Shown in pieces: positions 1 to 7,358 of a stretch of DNA of 36,978 nucleotides. Location of the stretch: IMG/VR virus record IMGVR_UViG_3300017653_000008, positions 1 to 36,978 of that record, one strand, 5' to 3'. The notes under the pieces are model-generated. The model saw only the letters and a program-made list of their open reading frames with translations. It was not told the DNA's origin and did not search any database. Each line of letters starts with the position of its first letter. The stretch's first letter is position 1. Made by a program: the position numbers and the translations under genes. The DNA comes from a virus (taxonomy: Duplodnaviria; Caudoviricetes).

Positions 1-181
1 GGTCGGGGTAGGGCACGATGGGCAGCGAGGTGGAAGCCTGCCTTGAACGCCTTCGCGATCACTTTCGAAGGACGCATCAACTAACCGATGCCAGGCCGGT
101 TCCACCGTTTATCGGACACTCCCTGCCGACAGGCAGTCGCGTAGTGCAGGACGGTTCGGTGCGCCGGTCGACGAGGCGTGA

Positions 182-331
182 GCATGGCAAGCACCGGCCG
201 ATGAGCGCAACGCACTGCGTCATCGCGCGCGCCAGCTCCACGCCGATGGGTTGAGCAACTACGCGATCGCCGACGAGATCGGGCGTTCGGAGGCGACTGT
301 GCGTCGCTGGCTGGCGATGAGTGTGGCGTAA
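182..331 (+). pseudogene. Short HTH-protein remnant with no in-frame start
   Basis: Frame reads AWQAPADERNALRHRARQLHADGLSNYAIADEIGRSEATVRRWLAMSVA*, a typical HTH. It is preceded by in-frame TGA 179-181; nearby GTG178/ATG184 are out of frame. Confidence 0.45.
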
Positions 332-338
332 GGTCGCG

Positions 339-373
339 AGCGAACGCCCCCGCCTCCTACGGGGGCGTTCGCT
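339..373 (+). terminator. Perfect 14-bp hairpin, likely terminator
   Basis: AGCGAACGCCCCCG-cctccta-CGGGGGCGTTCGCT, 7 nt after the HTH stop codon. Confidence 0.7.
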
Positions 374-593
374 GAGCCGGGCAGTGAATCGTTGACGGAA
401 ACCGGATGCCGTCGGATCACTTGCGCGGGGAGGGCATCCACGTAGTCCGCGCCAGGGTGCATCGGCAGCAATTATCCGGGACTGGAGGTGACCATTGTGA
501 CGGGCAATTGGGAGGGATCCTGTCCACGCGAGGGTCTTGCTGTCATCATTTGTCTTGGAACGGCCGGCAACGAAGAGAAGGGAGGTGATCACG

Positions 594-1217
594 ATGTCGT
601 TTCCGGCTGACCTGACATCTGTTCTTACCGGCGCAACCATGCATCAGTTGGCGCAATGGCGCCGCGGAGATCCGCCTTTGCTGACTCCCGAGCACGGCAA
701 CCGCCCCGAGGTGCTGTATTCCTTCCGTGATGTCGTAGCACTCCGCACGATCGTCAAGTTGCGGAGCCAGGTTCCCCTCCAGCGAATCCGGAAGGCATTT
801 GCATCGTTGCAGGACCTCGATCTGACCGACCATCCGTCGCGCTACACGCTGTTCACGGACGGAGACTCCGTCTTCTTGGTGGAGGGTGAAGAGGCAACTG
901 ACCTGGTCAAAAAGCCGGGGCAGCGAGTGCTCGTCACGCTTGACGACGTATTCCGACCATTCTTGAACTTCAGGGACGAGGAGGTCGTCGACTTCATTCA
1001 CCCCCGACCACGGTTGGAAGTGAGGGAGACACGCCTCGGAGGGTGGCCGACGATCATTGGGACTCGGGTTCCATACGATACTGTCGCAAACCTCGTCGCG
1101 ACCGGAGATGTTCCTGCAGATGCGGTGAGTGAGTACTTCCCCACCGTCGATCCTGGGGACGTTGACGATGCCGTCGATTTCGGCAAGCAGGTTGCGGACG
1201 TTCGGCGGCCGGCATGA
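594..1217 (+). CDS. vapB: VapB45-like antitoxin (MerR-like HTH + DUF433)
   Basis: SD GGAGGTG before ATG594. N-terminal LYSFRDVVALRTIVKLR...PLQRIRKA and C-terminal GGWPTIIGTRVP...EYFP (DUF433). ATGA overlap with the PIN gene. Confidence 0.85.
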   Translation: MSFPADLTSVLTGATMHQLAQWRRGDPPLLTPEHGNRPEVLYSFRDVVALRTIVKLRSQVPLQRIRKAFASLQDLDLTDHPSRYTLFTDGDSVFLVEGEEATDLVKKPGQRVLVTLDDVFRPFLNFRDEEVVDFIHPRPRLEVRETRLGGWPTIIGTRVPYDTVANLVATGDVPADAVSEYFPTVDPGDVDDAVDFGKQVADVRRPA

Positions 1218-1630
1218 AGCTGTTCCTCGACGAGAACATGAACCAGCGCCTCATCGAACATCTGTCATCCGTGTTCCGTCCACACGAGTTTGTCGGCGTG
1301 AATGACCTCGGCACCAAGGGGGCGGATGATGTCTCGTTATTCGGCAAAGTTGCAGCCGCTGGTTGCCACGTCTTCATCACAGGCGACCTGAGGCAGCTGT
1401 CTAGATTGAACGAGAGAGAGGCTTGCCGAGCAGCAGGCTTGCACTGGATAGGTGTGCACCAAGTTCACGCACCCGGATACCACGTAATTGCCGGACCAGC
1501 GTCAACCCTGGTGCACTCTCTTCCTTTTGCATTCGATGAGATGAAGACCGCGACCGCTCCGATGTTCTTCCAGCTCAGAAAGTCTGAGCGTCGAAGCTCC
1601 GAGGTATTTCATCGTCAAGGCGATCTGTGA
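1214..1630 (+). CDS. vapC: VapC45-like PIN-domain toxin
   Basis: MKLFLDEN..., GADDVSLF, FITGD motifs of PIN-like (Rv2019/DUF5615 type) proteins; coupled to the DUF433 gene. Confidence 0.85.
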   Translation: MKLFLDENMNQRLIEHLSSVFRPHEFVGVNDLGTKGADDVSLFGKVAAAGCHVFITGDLRQLSRLNEREACRAAGLHWIGVHQVHAPGYHVIAGPASTLVHSLPFAFDEMKTATAPMFFQLRKSERRSSEVFHRQGDL

Positions 1631-1654
1631 CATTTGACTAGGCATCATCAATCA

Positions 1655-1810
1655 CTACTCACACAGATGTTCGATGCTCGGTAGGGTTTGATCTGCGGGC
1701 CGGTGGAGCTGCGAGCTCGGGAAGCGCCGGCCCGCATCCAGCATCTCCGCGTGCTCAAGTATTCCCATCGCGCGAAGCAGAGACCGCACCCGTTGCTGCC
1801 GCTCATCCAT
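1655..1810 (-). CDS. Possible 51-aa hypothetical protein
   Basis: MDERQQRVRSLLRAMGILEHAEMLDAGRRFPSSQLHRPADQTLPSIEHLCE*; no SD, possibly leaderless; convergent with vapC. Confidence 0.25.
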   Translation of the reverse strand: MDERQQRVRSLLRAMGILEHAEMLDAGRRFPSSQLHRPADQTLPSIEHLCE

Positions 1811-1967
1811 ACCGGATTGGACGAGATCGCGGGACCAGGCGGTTCCATCCGAACGGCCCGGGATGCCCTATAGAGCCCTCACAGCATGTGGCGGCATGGG
1901 GTGAAAACGGACGCTTCGTTAGGCAAAAGCAATTTCCCGACCCCCTCCGCCATGTGATTGACTCCAC

Positions 1968-2048
1968 AACATCGCCGCCCATCCCCTGCGCGGCGATCCA
2001 GGCCCCGTCGGCACCCCCCGCATCCGCCGACGGGGCCTGCTTCTATCT
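1968..2048 (+). ncRNA. 6C-like small RNA (two hairpins with C-rich loops)
   Basis: ATCGCCGC-ccatcccctgc-GCGGCGAT (1971-1997), then 14-bp CAGGCCCCGTCGGC-accccccgcatcc-GCCGACGGGGCCTG (1999-2039) with six consecutive loop C's and a U-rich tail. Confidence 0.65.
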
Positions 2049-2089
2049 CAAGGGTCTACCGCGATCGCGGAAAATCCTGTAATCATTGG

Positions 2090-2201
2090 ACGCAGGTCCA
2101 GCACGTCCGAGCAGACAGGGGATGCTCGGAAGTCGCTGGACCCATTCACTTATGCCCCTGCGCTGGCAGTGCTCCGCCTCATCGGGAGGAAGCGGAGCAC
2201 C
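2090..2201 (-). ncRNA. Putative small RNA with anti-SD loops
   Basis: Minus-strand hairpins GUGCUCCGC-uuccucccgaugag-GCGGAGCAC (2169-2200) and GGUCCAGC..UCCGAGCA-uccccuguc-UGCUCGGA..GCUGGACC (2095-2142). Starts GGUG 7 nt after a GGGTAG element. Confidence 0.5.
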
Positions 2202-2280
2202 GAATCGGCTACCCCTCGGCGCGACACGTGCAGCCAGTTGCAGCCACCAGCAGTCCAGGACGGTGAGACCCCGCCGAAAT

Positions 2281-2368
2281 GCGAAAGCGCGCCCCGCCTC
2301 CAGCGTCGGGGAGGCGGGGCGCTCAAGGAGCCGCGGAGACCGAACAGGGGAAGGCCTCCACGACCACC
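2281..2368 (-). ncRNA. Putative small RNA, tandem copy 1
   Basis: GGUG start, hairpin with loop uuccccuguuc, then 13-bp terminator GCGCCCCGCCUCC/GGAGGCGGGGCGC and a U-containing tail. Confidence 0.6.
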
Positions 2369-2374
2369 AGGCAT

Positions 2375-2411
2375 ATCGAACAAAACCGACCGAGTGTTAC
2401 GCCTGTGTTAC
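2375..2411 (-). promoter_or_regulatory. GTAAC-N6-GTAAC-N18-GAT promoter (SigD-like, with direct repeat)
   Basis: GTTAC at 2396-2400 and 2407-2411 and ATC at 2375-2377 on the plus strand; conserved in copy 2. Confidence 0.55.
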
Positions 2412-2456
2412 AGAATCGTCGGATCGGCCTTCCGGCGGGCACCCGAACCCGTGAAC

Positions 2457-2548
2457 GCGAAGGCGCGCCCCGCCTCCGGCGTTCCGAGGGGAGGCGGGGC
2501 GCTTTAAGGACCGCAGGGACCGTTCGGGGGATGACCTCTGCAGTCACC
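2457..2548 (-). ncRNA. Putative small RNA, tandem copy 2
   Basis: GGUG start, stem with changed sequence but retained pairing, loop aucccccgaac, identical 13-bp terminator arms (2465-2477/2490-2502). Confidence 0.6.
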
Positions 2549-2554
2549 GGGTGT

Positions 2555-2590
2555 ATCGACAGAACAGACCGCGCGTTACGTACGTGTTAC
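2555..2590 (-). promoter_or_regulatory. GTAAC-N6-GTAAC-N17-GAT promoter (SigD-like, with direct repeat)
   Basis: GTTAC at 2575-2579 and 2586-2590 and ATC at 2555-2557 on the plus strand. Confidence 0.55.
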
Positions 2591-2609
2591 GAACATGCCG
2601 ATCGGCCTT

Positions 2610-3827
2610 CTAGTCCCAGTACAGGAAGGTGTTGCTCGCGCCGGCGAGCACGTTGCGCTCGTTCGCGGTCGTCGCCGCGTGATAGGCCTCGACCCACACC
2701 TGGTCGCCGTCGTGCAGCGTCGTCGAGAACGACAGACCCAGATCCTTCACCGTGCTGAGCCCCGATTGCGTGTTGATGGCGACCTGGCTGCCGTTGACCA
2801 TCAGACGGGCCCGGCGCTCGACGAAGACCACGCCGGTGTTGAACGTGACGCGGGCGGTGATCGCGGTCGCGCCGGTGCCATCGGCGATGAGGGCACCGCC
2901 GGATTCGACAGTGTCCGGGTAGCCGGAGCGCACGGTCCAGCCGGTGACTCGCGTCCAGGTGTTGCGACCCGGGTCCTGGGTGCCGACCTTGTCGACACCC
3001 ATCGCGACGAACGTGACCACCGTGGCGGGCGCGACCGCGGTCGGTGCGACCTCGGCGACCACAGTGCGGGTGTGCACCGGCGTCGGCGGCATGAGCGCAG
3101 CGGCGGGAACCTCGGCGACCAGGACTCGCGCGAGGACCGGGACGGCCGGGGCCAGCGCCACGGCCGTGACCTCGGCGACCAGGGCGCGGGTGTGCACCGG
3201 CGTCGATGGCATGAGCGCGGTGACCGTCGTCTCGGCGACCAGCGTCCGGGACAGGAGCACCGCCCCCGCGGCGTCGACATCGAGGTCGATCTCGACGACG
3301 AGCGACCGGGTGTGGACCACCACGGCCGGGATGCTCGCCTCGACCGCGACCTCGGCGACGAGGTGGCGGGTGAGTTCGTCGCCGAGCACAGGCAGCAACG
3401 CGCCCACCGGCACCTGCGCGGTCAACGCCGCGTACCGGATCGGCCAGGCCGGCAGCAGCGCGGCCGGCGCGGCCTCGACGGTGAGGGCGCGTTCGAGGAT
3501 CGGCACCACCATCGCCGGCAACTGTGCGTCGGCCTCGAGATCAACGGTCAATGCTGCGTAGCGGATCGGCCAGGCGGCCACCAACGCATCGACGTCGATC
3601 CGTACGGTCAGCGCGCGGACGACCACACCGACGATCATCGGCGGGATGCGCCCGGCAAGCGCGGTCGTCTCCGGCAGCCGCGGCCGTGGGGACACCATGG
3701 TGACCAGCTGCGGGCGCGCCGCGATCGTGACGCCGACGATTGGGCGCGGGGTCACCGTCGTGCTCGCGGCCGGCGCCGAGGCGGTCGACTCCGGCAGCGC
3801 CGGGCGCGGCGCGATCGAGGCGCCCAC
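2610..3827 (-). CDS. Minor tail / tail fibre protein with 20-aa repeats and C-terminal head domain
   Basis: Last gene of the tail operon; (L/V)VAEV...P repeats; beta-rich C-terminus (TWTRVTGWTVRSGYP...GDQVWVEAY). Confidence 0.75.
   Translation of the reverse strand: MGASIAPRPALPESTASAPAASTTVTPRPIVGVTIAARPQLVTMVSPRPRLPETTALAGRIPPMIVGVVVRALTVRIDVDALVAAWPIRYAALTVDLEADAQLPAMVVPILERALTVEAAPAALLPAWPIRYAALTAQVPVGALLPVLGDELTRHLVAEVAVEASIPAVVVHTRSLVVEIDLDVDAAGAVLLSRTLVAETTVTALMPSTPVHTRALVAEVTAVALAPAVPVLARVLVAEVPAAALMPPTPVHTRTVVAEVAPTAVAPATVVTFVAMGVDKVGTQDPGRNTWTRVTGWTVRSGYPDTVESGGALIADGTGATAITARVTFNTGVVFVERRARLMVNGSQVAINTQSGLSTVKDLGLSFSTTLHDGDQVWVEAYHAATTANERNVLAGASNTFLYWD
3051..3360. repeat. 60-bp periodic repeat within tail fibre gene
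   Basis: CTCG(G/A)CGAC at 3051, 3111, 3171, 3231, 3291 and 3351. Confidence 0.85.
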
Positions 3828-3828
3828 G

Positions 3829-4173
3829 CTACGTGCCCTGCGGGACCCGCAGCGTCACCGGAACGCGCAGCTTCCCGGCTGTCGTGAACGGCGCGGGACT
3901 GTCCAGCGGATGCGACCACTGAAACGTCGAGCCGTTCCAGCACGACAGGTGCGTCACGGTCGTCGACGCGGGAATGTCGAACTCGAGTTCGGACCCGACC
4001 ACGTCACCATCGGACGCTCCCGCGGTCCACGTCAGGGTCTTGCGGGCGTAGCTGCCGCCGGTGACCTCGGAGTCGCCGGTCGTTCCGGGGTCGGCGGTGT
4101 GCGCCGAGAACGTCGCACCCAGGGTGGACAGTTCGACGGCGAGAGATTCGCGAACAGCGGTGCTCATTTTCAC
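3829..4173 (-). CDS. Minor tail protein
   Basis: HTADPGTTG.SEVTGGSYARK..W motif common in actinophage tail proteins; position in tail operon. Confidence 0.75.
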   Translation of the reverse strand: MKMSTAVRESLAVELSTLGATFSAHTADPGTTGDSEVTGGSYARKTLTWTAGASDGDVVGSELEFDIPASTTVTHLSCWNGSTFQWSHPLDSPAPFTTAGKLRVPVTLRVPQGT

Positions 4174-4183
4174 GGGGTGTCTC

Positions 4184-4528
4184 CTAGCGGGGTGTGCGTT
4201 CGATCTGGCCCTCGTACCAACAGAAGTCGAGGGTGTCGGTGGCCGGCGGTTCGACCGGATAGTGCGGGTACACCTGGTAGGTCAGGCCCTCGTCGATCAG
4301 GTCGGCATCCTCGGACTGCACCCAGAACTCGATGTAGTCCGCGGTGACCTCGAGTGCCGGCCACGTCGCGATCACGGGGGCGCCGACCTCCGAGCCGTCG
4401 GTGATGACGATCTCGGCGGTCGTGCCGGTGGGGAACGGCGGGTCGTTCGGGTGCCGGTTGTAGCGGTGCACGTAGTCGGCGCCGCGGGTCAGGATCAGCG
4501 GCTCGACGATCGGGGTATATCCGCTCAC
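4184..4528 (-). CDS. Putative tail/baseplate-associated protein
   Basis: PLILTRGADY...CWYEGQIER; GTGA overlap with the upstream gene. Confidence 0.7.
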   Translation of the reverse strand: MSGYTPIVEPLILTRGADYVHRYNRHPNDPPFPTGTTAEIVITDGSEVGAPVIATWPALEVTADYIEFWVQSEDADLIDEGLTYQVYPHYPVEPPATDTLDFCWYEGQIERTPR

Positions 4529-4800
4529 GCCGCCACCTCGTATCCAGCGAGTTGCAGCGCCAGCGTGTGCGACGGATTCGGCGACACGTGCGTGCCCGCC
4601 TGCGGACGCACGTCACGACCGAGGACCGCACCGGTGTCATCAGCGAGGACGACCACGACCTGGCCCTGCTGCCCGTAGGCGGGCGGGCGGGTGTAGATCA
4701 CGATGTGGTCGGCGCCCGCCATCGGCGGGTCGATGCGGTACAGGCGCGCCGGGCCCGGATGCCCACCGAGGTCCCCCTCGACGAGTGTTGCTGTGCCCAT
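4525..4800 (-). CDS. Hypothetical virion-module protein
   Basis: SD AGGAG; ARLYRIDPP...HTLALQLAGY; coupled to the next gene. Confidence 0.7.
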   Translation of the reverse strand: MGTATLVEGDLGGHPGPARLYRIDPPMAGADHIVIYTRPPAYGQQGQVVVVLADDTGAVLGRDVRPQAGTHVSPNPSHTLALQLAGYEVAA

Positions 4801-4812
4801 GGGATTCTCCTG

Positions 4813-5784
4813 TCAGTAGAAACGGGTGGTCACGAAGATGGCGCCGCCCGCGCCGTTGCCGCCGTTGCCCGCGAAGCCGATTTCGTAGTGGCCGCCACCG
4901 CCACCCGGGGCGCCGGGCCAACCACCGGGGCCTCCATTGCCTCCGTTGCCTGCCCCGTTCTTTCCGTTACCGCCCGAACCTGCGGACCCTAGGCCGAGCT
5001 GCCCGACGAGGGCCGACACGCCGGGCAGGCCGTGGTCACCGGTCGCCAGAATGTTCGCGATCGGAGCACCGGGCGCGAACGGACCGTCCCCACCCGGTGT
5101 GGGCACGCCGTTACCGCCGGCGATCGCGAGGGATGCACCGTTGCCTCCGCGAATGTGGAATGTGAAGTCGTGCAGCGGGTCGACGGCCGCGCCGTACGTC
5201 TGATTGATAGACGATCCGCCGGTAGCGGCGATCAGGTCACCGAAGCTGGACAGGCCACCGTCTGCACCATGCCCGCCGTCCGTTATGGCGCCGGCGCCGC
5301 CTGGGCCGACCGTACACAGCACCGACGCTGGTACGTCTGCCGCGTCGAATTCCCAAATCGCCCAGCCGCCCGAGTAGCCGCCCAGTCCGCCGCGGCCGTA
5401 TCCGCCGTTTCCGCCGTTGTTGCCGCGACCTCCACCGGACGCCCCGCCGATCGCTACGACCCTGATGAACTTCGCGTCTGTGGGCTTGTACCACCAGTCC
5501 GTTGAGCTGTAGGTGGCGAGTTGGGCCTGCATGTTCTCCAGGACGATCTGGTCAATCCTGTTGTCGAGTCGCGGCACGTTCGTCTGCAGGCCACGCTCGG
5601 TGCCGTACAGACGATCGGCGAGGTCGTCGAGATTGAATATGCCGCCGGTTGCGCCGTCCATCTGATCCAAGAGATCGTGGATGAACAGATTGATCCGGTC
5701 GACTACGAGCCCTGGCAGGTGTTGAGCGATCAGCGCCATCGGGTCCGTGTGACCGGAGGGGCGTTTGCGTGGGAGCTTTTCCAC
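4813..5784 (-). CDS. Glycine-rich minor tail protein
   Basis: WYKPTDAKFIRVVAIGGASGG...GGNGAGGAIFV Gly-rich domain typical of actinophage minor tail proteins. Confidence 0.8.
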   Translation of the reverse strand: MEKLPRKRPSGHTDPMALIAQHLPGLVVDRINLFIHDLLDQMDGATGGIFNLDDLADRLYGTERGLQTNVPRLDNRIDQIVLENMQAQLATYSSTDWWYKPTDAKFIRVVAIGGASGGGRGNNGGNGGYGRGGLGGYSGGWAIWEFDAADVPASVLCTVGPGGAGAITDGGHGADGGLSSFGDLIAATGGSSINQTYGAAVDPLHDFTFHIRGGNGASLAIAGGNGVPTPGGDGPFAPGAPIANILATGDHGLPGVSALVGQLGLGSAGSGGNGKNGAGNGGNGGPGGWPGAPGGGGGHYEIGFAGNGGNGAGGAIFVTTRFY

Positions 5785-5785
5785 G

Positions 5786-6091
5786 TCACACCTCCTCGAG
5801 TAGCTCGGCGGGGATCTCGGGGCGCTGCGGTGGTGTCACATGCGGGATGTGCCGCTCCATCAGCAGTTCGAGAGCGGTCGCGTACGACAGCAAGTCGCGG
5901 ATAAGCCAGATCGCCCGTCGGAACTTCCGCTGGTCCTCTGCGCGTCCTGCTTTGAGTTCGGCGACCTCGGCTTGGAGCCGCTTGATGACTGCCGCCTGCC
6001 GAGTCATCCATGCCGTCAACAGGCTTGTCGCCGCGATGCCCAACGCCTGGATCCGCTCAGGCGAGAACAACGCAAGCAGCCACTCCCCCAT
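5786..6091 (-). CDS. Lysis-cassette membrane protein (one TM + coiled coil)
   Basis: ATG6091 overlaps the holin stop; MGEWLLALF...ALGIAATSLLTAW followed by a heptad helix. Confidence 0.75.
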   Translation of the reverse strand: MGEWLLALFSPERIQALGIAATSLLTAWMTRQAAVIKRLQAEVAELKAGRAEDQRKFRRAIWLIRDLLSYATALELLMERHIPHVTPPQRPEIPAELLEEV

Positions 6092-6507
6092 CAGCGGTCC
6101 CTCGGCGGGCTGACGAGCCGCTGGACGTACGCAAGAACCGCCATGAGGGCAGCGCCGCCAGCAGTTCCCGCGATGGCCTTCCATGCGCCGCCGGTGGTGA
6201 GGTCGAGAGTGCCGGTGCCGAGCAGTTCGGCGAGCGCGAGCAGCACCGCGACCAGCACGGTGGCGACCGCACCCTGGACGGTGGTGCGCCAGGCCCGATT
6301 CCGGGCGTCCACCTTGGCGGGTGCGGGCTCCTGCACGACCAGCTCCGCTTCGACCGGGCGCGGCAGTTCGGCGAGGTATCCGTCGATACGGCGGTGTGCT
6401 TCGTCGGTGATGATCTTCACGCCCGCATCGATCCGGGCGTCGACCTCGGCGGCGACCTTCTCGACGACCTGCCTGGTGATGATGTCGATGACGTTTCCGT
6501 CCGACAT
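6091..6507 (-). CDS. Holin
   Basis: SD AGGAGG; RAWRTTVQG followed by two TM helices; downstream of endolysin. Confidence 0.75.
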   Translation of the reverse strand: MSDGNVIDIITRQVVEKVAAEVDARIDAGVKIITDEAHRRIDGYLAELPRPVEAELVVQEPAPAKVDARNRAWRTTVQGAVATVLVAVLLALAELLGTGTLDLTTGGAWKAIAGTAGGAALMAVLAYVQRLVSPPRDR

Positions 6508-6516
6508 GGGTGCCTC

Positions 6517-6624
6517 CTACGAGGGGTAGCGCTCGGACCGGTCAGCGCGCAGGATCCGCGCATGCAACCGGCCCCAACGGGTGAGGGACAGGACGACGGC
6601 GGCCGCGATGGCGAGCCGTGTCAC
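6517..6624 (-). CDS. 35-aa hydrophobic peptide between lysin A and holin
   Basis: GTGA overlap with the lysin stop; MTRLAIAAAVVLSLTRWGRLHARILRADRSERYPS*; fills the gap. Confidence 0.5.
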   Translation of the reverse strand: MTRLAIAAAVVLSLTRWGRLHARILRADRSERYPS

Positions 6625-7349
6625 GAGACACCGAGCCGGCGCCAGGTGGCCGGGCCGACAACACCGTCGACGGCCAGGCCTGCGCGTCGCTGGAATTCCC
6701 GCACAACGCTCTCGGTTGCGGGGCCGAAGTCGCCGTCGACGACGAGGCGCGAGTACAGCGGGTACGCGCGATTGAGCAGCGTCTGCAGGTAGCGCACGTG
6801 GTCGCCGGTGGAGCCTCGGGAGAGCGTCGGCCGTGACGCTGTCGGTGCGGACGCCGGTGCGGCCGGGCCCGGGGTGTAGATCCCGAGGTGCCCGCCGTTC
6901 AGCTTGGCAGCGAACACGGCAACACGGGGATCGCCCTCACGCCAGCCGATCTGGTAGTGCATCTCATCCGCACGGCCCCAGTCGGCACCCCAGAACACAG
7001 AGCCTTCGAACAGGCGCAGACCTTCGCGCACCTTCGCGATGCGAGCGGCCGGCATCGACCGCAGACCCCACGGGTACTTCGGGGCGTTGATGTCGACCGC
7101 GGTGCCGGACAGGTGGTTCGAGTTGCCGACCGCGTTCTCGTTGGACCAGCCCCACACCGGGGACGTCAGCGGTTCGACGTTGCGGTGGTACCAGATGATC
7201 CACGCGTTGAGGATCGTCGCGGCGTCACCGGCTCGGATCGGTGCGGTGTTGGTGTACGGCAGCGGGTTCGCCACGACGCACTCGTCGCGGTTGCACATCC
7301 GCCACCCGTTTTCACTGTGGCTGTAGCCGTAGGCTTTTCGGAATGACAT
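6621..7349 (-). CDS. Endolysin (lysin A): M15-type peptidase + peptidoglycan-binding domain
   Basis: SENGW, SNHLSGTAVD and DEMH zinc-peptidase motifs; C-terminal LSRGSTG..V..LQ...DGDFGPATE..V.EFQ...DGVVGPATW. Confidence 0.92.
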   Translation of the reverse strand: MSFRKAYGYSHSENGWRMCNRDECVVANPLPYTNTAPIRAGDAATILNAWIIWYHRNVEPLTSPVWGWSNENAVGNSNHLSGTAVDINAPKYPWGLRSMPAARIAKVREGLRLFEGSVFWGADWGRADEMHYQIGWREGDPRVAVFAAKLNGGHLGIYTPGPAAPASAPTASRPTLSRGSTGDHVRYLQTLLNRAYPLYSRLVVDGDFGPATESVVREFQRRAGLAVDGVVGPATWRRLGVS

Positions 7350-7358
7350 GGCGTCCTC

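Larger units (their letters stand above)
2279..2610. repeat. Diverged tandem duplication (~177-bp unit x2)
   Basis: Both units run GCGAA(A/G)GCGCGCCCCGCCTCC...GGAGGCGGGGCGCT...GTTAC-N6-GTTAC...GATCGGCCTTC. Confidence 0.85.

Noticed and set aside
18-254. 78-aa plus-strand ORF
   Set aside because: No motif, and it overlaps the more protein-like HTH frame; it could be the frameshifted 5' part of that gene but this is unsupported
1-600. Prophage attachment site or tRNA at the left end
   Set aside because: No tRNA cloverleaf or T-loop seen, and an att core cannot be identified without the other prophage end
2279-2610. Possible mini-CRISPR array
   Set aside because: Only two units, the intervening sequences are homologous rather than unique spacers, the period is ~177 bp, and there are no cas genes
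1888-2758. ORF-track ORFs across the sRNA block
   Set aside because: Arg/Pro-rich, mutually overlapping, no SD or motifs; conservation between the duplicated units follows RNA structure and includes frame-breaking indels
2279-3827. Diversity-generating retroelement acting on the tail fibre
   Set aside because: No reverse transcriptase in the window; the downstream repeats do not match the fibre 3' end and differences are not adenine-specific
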